Below are positions 38,245 through 48,458 of a stretch of 64,000 nt of DNA, one piece after another. A program made the translations under genes and the position numbers. Positions within the stretch are counted from its first letter, which is position 1. Every line of letters begins with the position of its first letter. The DNA lies in contig CAVUKA010000003.1 of NCBI GenBank assembly GCA_963741945.1, positions 320,001 through 384,000 on the forward strand, written 5' to 3'. This stretch comes from an uncultured Gemmatimonadales bacterium (GTDB taxonomy: Bacteria > Gemmatimonadota > Gemmatimonadetes > Longimicrobiales > RSA9). Below the pieces are notes generated by a model. The model did not search any database and was not told the DNA's origin. It worked only from the letters and a program-made list of their open reading frames with translations.

Positions 38245-41200
38245 ATGCACCCGGTGATCCTGGACGCGGTCCGGAAGCAGCCGGCATACCGATCGTTGCG
38301 GGATGGCCTTCCGGGGCCAGGAATGACCCGGACGGTGGCGAACCTCCCCGGCTCGCTCCCGGCCGCGCTCGCCGCTGCGCTCGCGCGCGACCTGGAGCGG
38401 CGGATGTGGGTGGTGGTGGCCAGTGACCCGCCGGAAGCGGAGACGGTGGAGTCCGACCTGGCGACGCTGCTGGAGGAGGGGGAGAGCGCGCTCTATCCGC
38501 AGCGCGAGGCGCTCCCGTTCGAGGCGGAAGAGCACCATGTGGAAGTGAGCGGCCAGCGGGTGGAAGCGCTGGAGGCGCTGCTTTCCGGGCGTGTCCGCGT
38601 GCTGGTCACCACTGCGCGTGCGGTGCAGGAGCGGGAGCGGATCCCGGAGGCGCTGGCCCAGCTCCGCATGAGCATCCGGGTCGGCGAGACCATCCGACCG
38701 GCGGACCTGGGCACGCGTCTCGAGGACATGGGGTTCGAACGCGCCGGGCTGGTGGAGCAGGTCGGGGAATACGCGGTGCGGGGCGGGATCGTGGACCTGT
38801 TCAGCTTCGGAGCCGAGGACCCCGTTCGGCTGGAGTTCTGGGGAGATGAGGTCTCGTCCATCCGCCGCTTCGACGTCCTCGACCAGCGCTCCACGCGGAC
38901 GCTCGACGCCGTCGACATCCTGCCGGTGGAGCTGAAGCTCGCGGCCACGGGCGCAACCGCGCGCCGCTCGCTCCTCGACATCCTCCCCCGCGACGCGGTG
39001 ATGCTGCAGCTCCACCCCGGCAGCGACACGCTCTTCGACGCAGCCTGGCGCAAGCTTCTGGAGCTCCATGCAGTGGAACAGCGGCGGGGACGCGCGCCCG
39101 AAGCTCCCGAGCAGCTGCTGCTGCCGCCGGACGAGGTCCGTGCCCGGCTGACGGAGCTCGGCCGGATCGCGTGCGCAGAGGACGGTGAGCTGCGTTTCGA
39201 CGCCCGCCCGCCGGAACCGGTGGATCGCGACACCGGTCGCCTGGCGAAGCTCCTGCAAACCGCCGCCGCCCGGGCGGAGCGGACACTCATCCTGTGCGAC
39301 AACACGGGACAGATGGAGCGGCTGGAGGAGCTTCTGGGCGGCGCTCGACAGCTCCCGACCGGAACCACGCTGGCCCTCGGCACCCTCACCGGCGGCTTCG
39401 TCCTGGAAGGACCCGAGCCGGTCCGCGTTCTGACGGACCATGAAGTGTTCCGGCGCGCCCGGCGCGTCCGCCGGGGCCGCCGCTTCCGGGGCGGTGGCGC
39501 CATCGAGAGCCTGAGTCAGCTGCAGCCTGGCGACTACGTGGTCCACATGGATCACGGCATCGGCCGGTTCCGCGGGCTCGAGCGCGTCACGGTGGGGGAC
39601 ACCACGATCGAATCGCTGGCCGTCGAATACGCCGGCGACGAGGTGCTGCGCGTCCCCGTCTATCGCCTGGACCTTGTGGAGCGCTGGGTCCCCGAGCGCG
39701 ACGAGGCGGAGCCGCCGTCGCTGCACAAGATCGGCGGAAAGACCTGGAGAAAGCTGAAGCAGCGGACCCAGGAGGCCATCGAGAAGATGGCGCTGGAGCT
39801 GCTCGAGCTCTACGCCGCCCGGGAAATGGCCGAGCGCCCGCCCTACCCGCCGGACACGCGCTGGCAGAAGGAGATGGAGAGCGCGTTCCTGTACGAGGAC
39901 ACGCCGGACCAGCGCACCACGACCGAGGCCGTGAAGGGGGACATGGAGTCGTCACGACCCATGGACCGGCTGGTCATCGGGGATGTGGGCTACGGCAAGA
40001 CCGAAGTGGCGATCCGGGCGGCGTTCAAGGCGGTGCAGGACGGCCGGCAGGTGGCGGTTCTGGCCCCCACCACCATCCTCGTGGAGCAGCACCTCCACAC
40101 GTTCCGGGAGCGCCTCGCGGACTACCCCGTGCGCATCGAGGCGCTGAGTCGCTTCCGCACGCCCCGGCAACAGGAAGCGATCCTGGCCGACCTGCTGGCC
40201 GGCGAGGTCGATGTGGTGGTGGGCACGCACCGGCTGCTCCAGTCGGACGTGGAGTTCCAGAACCTCGGCCTGCTCGTGGTGGACGAGGAGCAGCGTTTCG
40301 GTGTGAAGCAGAAGGAACGGCTCAAGGAGCTGAAGCGGAACATCGACGTGCTGGCGCTCACGGCCACACCCATTCCGCGGACGCTCCACCTGTCGCTGGC
40401 CGGGCTGCGCGACCTCTCGCTCATGGAGACGCCGCCGCGGGACCGCATGCCGATCATCACCCACGTGGTTCCCTGGATCGACGAGGTGATCCGCGACGCC
40501 ATCCTGCGCGAGCTGGACCGTGGCGGGCAGGTGTTCGTGGTCCACAACCGCATCGAGTCGCTGGCAGCCGTCGCCGAGCGGGTGAAGCGACTCGTGCCGG
40601 ACACCGCGGAAGTGGACACGGCCCACGGTCAGATGACGCCGCGGGACCTGGACCACGTGATGGCGCGCTTCCTGGAGCGAACGTTCCACGTCCTGGTCAC
40701 GACGGCCATCATCGAGAACGGCCTGGACGTGCCCACGGCCAACACGCTCATCGTGGACCGCGCCGACATGTTCGGGCTCAGTCAGCTGTACCAGCTGCGA
40801 GGACGGGTAGGGCGCTCGCATCACCGCGCGTTCTGCTACCTGGTCGCGCCCGAGGGGATCACGCTGGATGCGGAGCGGCGGCTCCGGATCCTGGAGCACC
40901 ACACCGAGCTGGGCAGCGGCTACGCCATCGCCCTCAAGGATCTCGAGATGCGCGGCGCCGGGAACATCCTCGGCGCGGACCAGTCCGGGCACATCCACGC
41001 GGTCGGCGTCGATACGTACACGCGGATGCTGGAAAAGACCGTGGCGCGGCTGAAGGGGGCCGAGGAGCACGAGCAGTATCCGGCGCCGGACGTGAGCATG
41101 GAAGGGCCGGCCTACCTGCCGGACCGTTACATCGCGAACTCCGCCGAGAAGCTCCACCTCTACCGCCGGCTGTCGCGGGCGGACCGCGTCGAAGACGTCG

Positions 41201-41517
41201 TGGCGCTGTCGTCGGAAGTGAAGGACCGGTTCGGCCCGCCACCGCCGGAAGTCCGGCGACTGCTCGATTCCGCCCGGCTCCGGCTGCTCGGACAGACCCT
41301 GGGCGTGGACCGCATCACGCTCCGCGAAGACCGGGCCCGCCTCTCTTTCCGTCGCGACGTGGTGCCCCGGCTGACCGCGCTCCAGTCCGCCATGCACGGC
41401 AGTCAGATCGATGTCGAAGTCCGGCGCACGGACCCTCTCAGTCTGGTCCTCCACCGCCTCGGCGCGGCACCACTCGCCCACGCGGTGGCGGAAGCGCTCA
41501 CGCTGCTGGCGGCTTAG
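38245..41517 (+). CDS. mfd: Transcription-repair coupling factor
   Basis: AVRGGIVD, GDYVVHMDHGIG, GDVGYGKTEVA, DEEQRFG, TATPIPRT, QLRGRVGR, DLEMRGAGN. Confidence 0.98.
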   Translation: MHPVILDAVRKQPAYRSLRDGLPGPGMTRTVANLPGSLPAALAAALARDLERRMWVVVASDPPEAETVESDLATLLEEGESALYPQREALPFEAEEHHVEVSGQRVEALEALLSGRVRVLVTTARAVQERERIPEALAQLRMSIRVGETIRPADLGTRLEDMGFERAGLVEQVGEYAVRGGIVDLFSFGAEDPVRLEFWGDEVSSIRRFDVLDQRSTRTLDAVDILPVELKLAATGATARRSLLDILPRDAVMLQLHPGSDTLFDAAWRKLLELHAVEQRRGRAPEAPEQLLLPPDEVRARLTELGRIACAEDGELRFDARPPEPVDRDTGRLAKLLQTAAARAERTLILCDNTGQMERLEELLGGARQLPTGTTLALGTLTGGFVLEGPEPVRVLTDHEVFRRARRVRRGRRFRGGGAIESLSQLQPGDYVVHMDHGIGRFRGLERVTVGDTTIESLAVEYAGDEVLRVPVYRLDLVERWVPERDEAEPPSLHKIGGKTWRKLKQRTQEAIEKMALELLELYAAREMAERPPYPPDTRWQKEMESAFLYEDTPDQRTTTEAVKGDMESSRPMDRLVIGDVGYGKTEVAIRAAFKAVQDGRQVAVLAPTTILVEQHLHTFRERLADYPVRIEALSRFRTPRQQEAILADLLAGEVDVVVGTHRLLQSDVEFQNLGLLVVDEEQRFGVKQKERLKELKRNIDVLALTATPIPRTLHLSLAGLRDLSLMETPPRDRMPIITHVVPWIDEVIRDAILRELDRGGQVFVVHNRIESLAAVAERVKRLVPDTAEVDTAHGQMTPRDLDHVMARFLERTFHVLVTTAIIENGLDVPTANTLIVDRADMFGLSQLYQLRGRVGRSHHRAFCYLVAPEGITLDAERRLRILEHHTELGSGYAIALKDLEMRGAGNILGADQSGHIHAVGVDTYTRMLEKTVARLKGAEEHEQYPAPDVSMEGPAYLPDRYIANSAEKLHLYRRLSRADRVEDVVALSSEVKDRFGPPPPEVRRLLDSARLRLLGQTLGVDRITLREDRARLSFRRDVVPRLTALQSAMHGSQIDVEVRRTDPLSLVLHRLGAAPLAHAVAEALTLLAA

Positions 41518-41661
41518 GCGTTCACCGGCCCACGCGGCCGGCGTCGGGACGCGCGCGTGTCCATTCCGGGACAACCCCGGACAGGAGGCGCGGGACCGGC
41601 CGCGGCGGCGCGCGAAGGGCGTTCACAGGGGGTCTCGCGGGGTACACCGCCTGCCTGGCAG

Positions 41662-41690
41662 TTGAACGCGCGCGCTCGCTCCGGTATTTT
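41662..41690 (+). promoter_or_regulatory. sigma70-type promoter for the PPIase-pdxA-ftsEX cluster
   Basis: TTGAAC-N17-TATTTT. Confidence 0.5.
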
Positions 41691-41721
41691 GCCGCGGCTG
41701 AATCCCATCCGAGGAGACACG

Positions 41722-43215
41722 ATGAAGCGATACCTGGCGCTGGGCCTGTTGACCTTGACGGCGGCCGCCGTCGGTTGCGAAGGCTTCGGCAACGCCATGA
41801 CGGCCCACACGGACGTGGTCGCGCGAGCGGCCGGGCACGAGCTCACCGTTAGCGACGTGGTCGACCTGCTCGCCGGTCAACCCCGCATTCCCGCCACCAC
41901 CGAGGTGGTCGGGTCGGTGGCGGACCTGTGGGTGGACTACACCCTTCTGGCGGAGGCGCTGGCGCACGACAGCACGCTGTCGCAGCTGGACCTCACGCCC
42001 ATGATCCGGCAGTACGTGGAGCAGAAGACGTTCACGCAGCTCCGCGACTCCCTGATGACCGCCGACACGGTGTTCACGGAAGCCCAGCTGCGTGAGATGT
42101 TCGACCAGCAGGCGCCCGGGCTGCGGGTGCACGCGCGTCACATCCTGCTCACCTTCCCCGACAGCGCCACGCAGGAGCAGCGTGACAGCGTGTGGGCGCT
42201 GGCGCGGGAGATCCGGGAACGTGCGGTGTCGGGCGAGGACTTCGCGAAGCTGGCGCGCGAGTACAGCCAGGACCCGGGCAGCGCGCAGCAGGGCGGCGAC
42301 CTGGGCTGGTTCGAGGCGGGCAGCATGGTGAAGCCGTTCGAAGAAGCGGCGTTCAAGCTGAAGCCGGGTGAGATCAGCCCGGTCACCGAGACGCTGTTCG
42401 GGCTGCATATCATCAAGGTGGAGGAGCGGCAGACGCCCTCCTTCGAGGAGCAGGCGCCGCAGTTCCGGCGCCAGATCGTGGCCCAGAGGCAGCAGGAGGC
42501 ACTCCGGAACTACGTGGACTCCCTCACGGGGCCGGCGGGCCTCGAAGTTCAGACGGGGGCCTACGACGTGGCCCGGGACCTGGCATCCAACCCCTCGCAG
42601 AAGCTGAGCGGCCGCGCCGGCTCCCGCGCGCTCGTGACGTGGAACGGCGGTGAGCTGTCGGCCGCGGAGTTCCAGCGCTTCATGCGACGGCTGCCGCCGC
42701 AGCAGCGTGCGCAGTTCGCGTCCGCGCAGGACCAGCAGCTCGAGAGCGTGCTGAAGGACATCGCCACGAACGAGCTCGTACTGGCCGACGCGGAGAAGCG
42801 CGGGATCACCGTGCCGCCGGCGGAGCGGGATTCGCTGACCACCGTGATGCGCCAGCAGATCGTCCAGGTGGCCGAGCAGTCCGGGCTCGCCGGGGCCCCC
42901 GGCGAAGGGGAAATGGCCTCTCAGGCCGTGGAGCGCCGCGTCCACTCGCTCATCCAGGGCATCGTCGCGGGCCAGCAGGGCGTGCTTCCTCTCGGGCCGC
43001 TCTCCTACATCCTCCGGCAGAACGCCGAGTGGAGGATCTACGAGCGGGCTTTCCCCGACGTGGTGGAGAAGCTGAACGCCAGGCGCGAGGAGGCATCGGG
43101 CCAGAACGCCCAGCCGATGCCGCCGCTGCCGGGTACTGATACCGGCGCGGCCGTTCCGGAGGGGGGCGCCGCAGCCCCGCAGCCGGAAGTGCCGGCGAGG
43201 GACAGCGGCCAGTGA
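41722..43215 (+). CDS. Parvulin (PpiC)-type peptidyl-prolyl isomerase, lipoprotein
   Basis: Lipobox [55 protein letters not shown]. Confidence 0.93.
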   Translation: MKRYLALGLLTLTAAAVGCEGFGNAMTAHTDVVARAAGHELTVSDVVDLLAGQPRIPATTEVVGSVADLWVDYTLLAEALAHDSTLSQLDLTPMIRQYVEQKTFTQLRDSLMTADTVFTEAQLREMFDQQAPGLRVHARHILLTFPDSATQEQRDSVWALAREIRERAVSGEDFAKLAREYSQDPGSAQQGGDLGWFEAGSMVKPFEEAAFKLKPGEISPVTETLFGLHIIKVEERQTPSFEEQAPQFRRQIVAQRQQEALRNYVDSLTGPAGLEVQTGAYDVARDLASNPSQKLSGRAGSRALVTWNGGELSAAEFQRFMRRLPPQQRAQFASAQDQQLESVLKDIATNELVLADAEKRGITVPPAERDSLTTVMRQQIVQVAEQSGLAGAPGEGEMASQAVERRVHSLIQGIVAGQQGVLPLGPLSYILRQNAEWRIYERAFPDVVEKLNARREEASGQNAQPMPPLPGTDTGAAVPEGGAAAPQPEVPARDSGQ

Positions 43216-43296
43216 GGAACTCGCGCTCGCTGCGGGAATACTAACAAGCGGGCCGGCCGGTGTGGCCGGCCCGTGCGTTTCCAGGGGTGTGAGAGC

Positions 43297-44658
43297 ATGA
43301 AACGAAGTGTGCTGGCCGTACTGATGGTCCTCCTCGCCGGTGTAGTCCCGGCGGTGGCGCAGGAGCCGGACTCCACGGCGCAGGCGCCGGACTCCACGGC
43401 GCAGGCGGCGCCGGACTCCGCGGCGCAGGCGGAGCCGGAGCTGGTGGACCGGATCGTCGCCGTGGTGGGGGACAGTGTGATCCTCGCTTCCGACGTGCAG
43501 GAGCAGTTGGAGCGCCGCCGGGCGATGGGGGAGGACGTGCCCGCGCGGGGGCCGGCGCTGGAGCAGGCGAGAAAGGACGAGCTGGAGTCGCTGATCAACG
43601 AGCTGGTGATGCTCCAGGCGGCGGCGCGGGACTCCGTCAGCGTGGCGGACGCGGACGTGCAGGCGCAGGTGCAGGCCGCCGTGGCCGAGCAGCAGCAGCG
43701 CTTTGGTGGCGAGGCAGCGTTCCAGAAAGGGCTGGAGCGGGAGGGGATGACGCTGGAGCAGTACCGTCGCATGATCGAGCGGAACGTGCGCCGGGCCGGA
43801 GTCCGTCAGCGCTACATGGCCACGCTGCAGCGCGACCATTCTCCGCCCCCGGTCTCCGAAGCGGAGGTGAAACAGTTCTTCGAGGAGCGGGCGGGCACGC
43901 TGGGGACGCGGCCGGCCACGATCGAGTTCAGGCAGGTGGTGGTCTCACCGCAGCCGTCGGACTCGGCGCGCCAGGCGGCGCTGAACGAGGCCAGCGAGGT
44001 GCGCCAGAAGCTCCTGAACGGAGAGGACTTCGAGCAGCTGGCCCGTCGCTATTCGGACGATCCGGGAACGAAGGAGAAGGGGGGCGAGCTGGGCTGGTTC
44101 CGACGCGGGCAGTTCGTGCCGGCCTTCGACCGGGCCGCGTTCTCGCTGCGCCCCGGCCAGATCAGCCCGGTGGTGGAGACGCCCTTCGGGTTCCACATCA
44201 TCCGGGTCGACAAGGTCAAGGGACCCGAGCGGCAGGCGCGGCACATCCTGATCACGCCGGAGATCACGTCGGCGGACGAGGCGAAGACGGAGACGCGGGC
44301 CGCGGACGTGGCCCGATCGCTTCGGAACGGCGCGTCCATGGACAGCATGATCGCGGCCGTGCACGACGCCGCCGAGGAAAGCCACGTCGGCCCGGCGCTC
44401 CAGGACTCGCTGCCGGCGCCGTACAACGCCCAGCTCCGGGGGGCTTCGGCCGGCGACATCGTGGGGCCGTTCGGGGTCCCCGGGCCCCGGGAGTCGTACG
44501 CGGTGGTGAAAGTCGTGGACGTGAACGCCGCCGGGGCGTACTCTCTGGATGACCCACAGATACGCGAGCAGATCCGAACGTTCATCCAGCAGGACAAGAT
44601 GCTGAAGGAAGTGCTGGCGGACCTGCGTCGCCGCACGTACATCGACATCCGCTACTGA
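43297..44658 (+). CDS. surA: SurA-like chaperone/PPIase
   Basis: Signal peptide, VDRIVAVVGD SurA-N domain, parvulin domain (GGELGWF, FGFHII), YIDIR C-terminus; upstream of pdxA. Confidence 0.88.
   Translation: MKRSVLAVLMVLLAGVVPAVAQEPDSTAQAPDSTAQAAPDSAAQAEPELVDRIVAVVGDSVILASDVQEQLERRRAMGEDVPARGPALEQARKDELESLINELVMLQAAARDSVSVADADVQAQVQAAVAEQQQRFGGEAAFQKGLEREGMTLEQYRRMIERNVRRAGVRQRYMATLQRDHSPPPVSEAEVKQFFEERAGTLGTRPATIEFRQVVVSPQPSDSARQAALNEASEVRQKLLNGEDFEQLARRYSDDPGTKEKGGELGWFRRGQFVPAFDRAAFSLRPGQISPVVETPFGFHIIRVDKVKGPERQARHILITPEITSADEAKTETRAADVARSLRNGASMDSMIAAVHDAAEESHVGPALQDSLPAPYNAQLRGASAGDIVGPFGVPGPRESYAVVKVVDVNAAGAYSLDDPQIREQIRTFIQQDKMLKEVLADLRRRTYIDIRY
43360..43425 (+). repeat. In-frame 21/21/24 bp repeat encoding QEPDSTA-QAPDSTA-QAAPDSAA
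   Basis: caggagccggactccacggcg, caggcgccggactccacggcg, caggcggcgccggactccgcggcg. Confidence 0.9.
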
Positions 44659-44678
44659 GCCCGGGAATTCATCGCGTG

Positions 44679-45614
44679 ATGAGCCGCGCGCCACTCCGCC
44701 TCGCCGTGACATTGGGGGATCCCCGGGGCATCGGTCCGGAGGTCGCCTCGGCCGCGCTGACGGCCGAAGCCTCGGCCGAGCTGATCACGGTTGGACCCAC
44801 CGGCGCGGGCATGGAGCCCGACCGGATCATCGGGCATTGGGAGCCCGGCAGCGCGAGCGCCGCGGAAGCGGGCCGGCTGGCCGGCGCCGCCATCGAGCGC
44901 GCCACGGAGATGGCGCTCGCGGGGGAAGTGGCCGGGATCGTCACGGCGCCGATCGACAAGGCCGCGCTCGCCGCGGCCGGCTACGGATTCCCCGGGCACA
45001 CCGAGATGCTGCAGTCGCTGACCGGGGCGCCAGAAGTAGTGATGCTCATGGCGGCGGAGCGAACCCGGCTGGGGGGACCGCTGCGCGTGGTCCTCGCCAC
45101 CACCCACCTCGCCCTCACCGACGTCCCGAGGGCAGTCACGGCCGAGCGGCTCGTGTCGCAGGCCACGCTCACGGCCGAGGGGCTGGCGCGCTGGTGGGGG
45201 TTGAGCAGACCGCGCCTCGCCCTGTGCGCCCTGAATCCTCACGCTTCCGACGGCGGCCTCTTCGGCGACGAAGAGGCGCGGGTGCTGGCCCCCGCCGTGG
45301 AAACGCTGCGCGGCCAGGGCATCGACGTGACGGGGCCGCTCCCCGCCGACACCGTTTTCGTGCGCGCGCTGCGCGGCGACTTCGATGCCGTCATCGCTCC
45401 CTACCACGACGTGGGAATGGCGGCGTTCAAGACGGCGAGCTTCGGCGGCGGCGTGAACGTGACCCTGGGGCTGCCATTCGTGCGTACGTCGCCGGACCAT
45501 GGCACTGCACTGGACATCGCCGGGCGGGGCCTGGCGGATCCATCGTCAATGCTGGAGGCGGTACGGCTGGCAACGCGGCTGGTCCGCGCCTCCAGGGAGG
45601 CCGGCGTCGCATGA
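44679..45614 (+). CDS. pdxA: 4-hydroxythreonine-4-phosphate dehydrogenase
   Basis: TLGDPRGIGPEV, TAPIDK, FPGHTE, LNPHASD, YHDVG, NVTLGLPFVRTSPDHGTA. Confidence 0.95.
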   Translation: MSRAPLRLAVTLGDPRGIGPEVASAALTAEASAELITVGPTGAGMEPDRIIGHWEPGSASAAEAGRLAGAAIERATEMALAGEVAGIVTAPIDKAALAAAGYGFPGHTEMLQSLTGAPEVVMLMAAERTRLGGPLRVVLATTHLALTDVPRAVTAERLVSQATLTAEGLARWWGLSRPRLALCALNPHASDGGLFGDEEARVLAPAVETLRGQGIDVTGPLPADTVFVRALRGDFDAVIAPYHDVGMAAFKTASFGGGVNVTLGLPFVRTSPDHGTALDIAGRGLADPSSMLEAVRLATRLVRASREAGVA

Positions 45615-46288
45615 TCCGGTTCGAGAACGTCACCCGGGAGTTCCCCCGCGCGGGGAAGGCGCTGAACGAGGTGGCATTCCGGATCCACAAGGGCGAGTTC
45701 GTGTTCCTCACGGGGCACAGCGGCGCCGGCAAGACCACGGTGCTGCGGATGATTCACGGCGCCGACCGACCCACCAGCGGCACGGTCCGGGTGAGCGGAG
45801 AGGACGTGGCGCAGCTGCGGCCGAGGGACGTGGCCATGATGCGTCGCAAGATCGGGTACGTCTTCCAGGACTTCCGGCTGCTCCCGGACCGATCGGCGGC
45901 CGAGAACGTGGCATTCGCACTGGAAGTGACCGGGGCCCGCCCCTCGGTGGTCCGCAGCAAGGTGGGGCGGCTGCTGGCGCAGGTGGGGCTGGCGTCGAAA
46001 GCGAGCGCGCTTCCGTCCGAGCTTTCGGGTGGCGAGCAGCAGCGGGTGGCTGTGGCACGTGCGCTCGTGAACGATCCCGTGGTGCTCCTGGCGGACGAGC
46101 CGACCGGGAACCTGGATGACCGGGCCACGCGGGGCATTTACGCGTTGTTCCGCTCCATCAACGCCTCCGGGACGGCCGTGCTCCTGGCCACGCACGACGG
46201 CGAGCTCATCCGCCAGAGCGGGGGCTGCCGTATCCTCGAGCTGGACCACGGCTCGCTCGTCCGCGACTCACAACGGGTCGCCGGCTGA
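45611..46288 (+). CDS. ftsE: Cell division ATP-binding protein
   Basis: GHSGAGKTT, VFQDFRLL, LSGGEQQRV, LADEPTGNLD; precedes ftsX. Confidence 0.94.
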   Translation: MIRFENVTREFPRAGKALNEVAFRIHKGEFVFLTGHSGAGKTTVLRMIHGADRPTSGTVRVSGEDVAQLRPRDVAMMRRKIGYVFQDFRLLPDRSAAENVAFALEVTGARPSVVRSKVGRLLAQVGLASKASALPSELSGGEQQRVAVARALVNDPVVLLADEPTGNLDDRATRGIYALFRSINASGTAVLLATHDGELIRQSGGCRILELDHGSLVRDSQRVAG

Positions 46289-47145
46289 TGTGGCACTCGC
46301 TGCGCGAAGCACTCGCGGGGTTCCGGCGCGCACCCCTGCTCACGGGGCTGTCCGCAGCCATGATCGCCCTGTCGCTGTTCGTGGTGGGGCTCTTCGGCGT
46401 CGCCGCGCACAACATCCGGCTGGTCCTCGATCAGGTGGAGGCCCGGGTGGAGGTGGTGGCGTACCTGCGCGACGACGCGCTGCCCGACCAGGTCCAGGCG
46501 CTCCGTGCCGAGCTGCTCCGTGCGCCGGACGTGCGCGATGTCAGCTTCGTCTCCCGGAAGCAGGCCCTCGAGACCGCGCGCCGGGAGCTGACGGAGTTCC
46601 AGGGCGTGTTCGACGATCTGGAACAGAACCCGTTCCCGGCATCCCTCCAGATCACGCTGCAGCCGGGGCAGCGCGATGCCGACGCGGTGCACGCCCTCGC
46701 CGAGCTGGCCGCGCAGGCGCCGATCGTGGAGGACGTCCGATACGGGCGAGACTGGCTGGACAAGGTCTACCTTCTGCGACGCGTGGCCGGCGCCGCCGCC
46801 CTCGTGGTCGGCGGCGCGTTCGCCGCAGTGGCGGCCCTCATCATCGGCGCCGCCATCCGTCTCGCGATCTTCGCCCGGCGCGATGAGATCGCAATCATGC
46901 GGCTGGTGGGCGCCACGAACGGCTTCGTGCGTCGCCCCTTCCTCGTGGAAGGGTTCATCACCGGACTCATCGGCTCGCTGCTGGCCATCCCGGCCACCTA
47001 CTTCGTCTTCCGCTTCCTGTCCGGGTCTGTCGTGCAGCTCCAGTGGATTCCCGGGGCGTGGGTGGCGGCCGGACTTCTCTTCGGCGCAGCGCTCGGCGCG
47101 CTCGCCAGCTACCGGGCGGTGCAGCGGCACCTGCAGGAGTCATGA
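46288..47145 (+). CDS. ftsX: Cell division permease
   Basis: Four hydrophobic helices, NPFPAS, RRDEIAIMRLVGAT..FVRRPFLVEG. Confidence 0.95.
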   Translation: MWHSLREALAGFRRAPLLTGLSAAMIALSLFVVGLFGVAAHNIRLVLDQVEARVEVVAYLRDDALPDQVQALRAELLRAPDVRDVSFVSRKQALETARRELTEFQGVFDDLEQNPFPASLQITLQPGQRDADAVHALAELAAQAPIVEDVRYGRDWLDKVYLLRRVAGAAALVVGGAFAAVAALIIGAAIRLAIFARRDEIAIMRLVGATNGFVRRPFLVEGFITGLIGSLLAIPATYFVFRFLSGSVVQLQWIPGAWVAAGLLFGAALGALASYRAVQRHLQES

Positions 47146-48458
47146 TCGGCCCGGGCGCCGCCACGCCGGCCCCTCCGGCCCGACGCGGCGTGGGGTCCGG
47201 GGTGCCCGGTTCCCGGCCGACCGGGCCGCGGCCCATGCGCAGCGCCATCGCGCGGTGCCTGCCAGCCATCCTCGCTGGGATCCTGCTCCTCATCCCTGCC
47301 GCCCCGACCGCGGCGCAGCAGGACACGCTCCAGCAGCGGATCCGTGCCAGCCAGAGCCGGCTCCAGGAGATCCAGGCGGAACGAAAGCGGCTCGAGGGCG
47401 AGATGCGGTCGCTCCAGGGGCGGGCGCGCGACATCTCGGCGGAGCTGAGCAACATCGAGCGGCAGATGTCGGCATCGGCGGAAGCGCTTCGCGAGTTGGA
47501 CTTCCAGACCGCGGCGCTGGCGGCCAACGCGGAACAGACCACACGGGAGCTGGTCCAGACGCGAGACCGGCTGCGCGAACGCACCGTTCTCCTCACGCAG
47601 CGGCTCCGCAGCATCTACGAGCGGGGGCAGATGCACACGGCTCGCGTTCTCCTCAGCGCCACCAGCTTCGGCGACCTTCTGAACCGCTACAAGTACCTGC
47701 ACCTGATCTCCGTGCACGACCGCATGCTGATCAACGAGATCGGCAGACTGGAAGAGAAGCTGAGCGAGCAGGAGCGCAGCCTCCGCGCCAGCCTGGCGCA
47801 GCTGGAGCGGCTCCGGGCCGACAAGCTGTCCGAGTTCGCGCGCCTGCAGAATCTCGAGCAGTCCCGCACCGCCACGCTGCGCTCCGTGCGCGGCCGCGTC
47901 TCGCGTGCCGAGCAGCGCATGCAGCAGCTGGCGGCCGACGAGCGGCAGCTCAACTCCCTGGTGGAACAGCTGGAGCGGGCCCGCGTGGAAGCCGAACGGC
48001 GGCGCACCCTGGCGGGTTCGGGCGCCGCGAGGAGCGGCCTGTCACCCCGGGAGCTGGGGACGCTCCGGTGGCCGGTGCAGGGGCGGCTGCTCTACCGCTT
48101 CGGCGCCGAGCGGCGGCCGAACGGGGTGACGCTGCGGCGCAACGGGATCGGCATCGCGGCCGACCCCGGCACGCCCGTGCACGCGATCCGCGCGGGCACC
48201 GTGGTGGCGGCGCGGCGAATGGAAGGGTTCGGCCCCGGCGTGATCGTAAGCCACGGCGGCGGCTTCTACTCGCTCTACCTGTATCTGGGCAGCATCGCCG
48301 TGCGCGAAGGGCAGGATGTGGCCGCCGGTGCCGTGCTCGGGACGGTCGGGACGAGCGCCGAGGAAGGACCGCACCTCTACCTGCAGATCCAGGCGCCCGT
48401 AAACGGAGACGCGCCCGTGGCCGTGGATCCCATCCCCTGGCTGAAGCCCCGATCATGA
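47142..48458 (+). CDS. envC: EnvC-like murein hydrolase activator (coiled coil + degenerate M23)
   Basis: Signal peptide, long coiled coil, WPVQG, NGIGI, M23 domain lacking the Zn histidines. Start may be 47235. Confidence 0.88.
   Translation: MIGPGAATPAPPARRGVGSGVPGSRPTGPRPMRSAIARCLPAILAGILLLIPAAPTAAQQDTLQQRIRASQSRLQEIQAERKRLEGEMRSLQGRARDISAELSNIERQMSASAEALRELDFQTAALAANAEQTTRELVQTRDRLRERTVLLTQRLRSIYERGQMHTARVLLSATSFGDLLNRYKYLHLISVHDRMLINEIGRLEEKLSEQERSLRASLAQLERLRADKLSEFARLQNLEQSRTATLRSVRGRVSRAEQRMQQLAADERQLNSLVEQLERARVEAERRRTLAGSGAARSGLSPRELGTLRWPVQGRLLYRFGAERRPNGVTLRRNGIGIAADPGTPVHAIRAGTVVAARRMEGFGPGVIVSHGGGFYSLYLYLGSIAVREGQDVAAGAVLGTVGTSAEEGPHLYLQIQAPVNGDAPVAVDPIPWLKPRS

Noticed and set aside
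46676-48454. Apparent 970-aa HolB fusion
   Set aside because: Off-frame read-through over ftsX and envC; HolB starts at the ATGA overlap at 48455.
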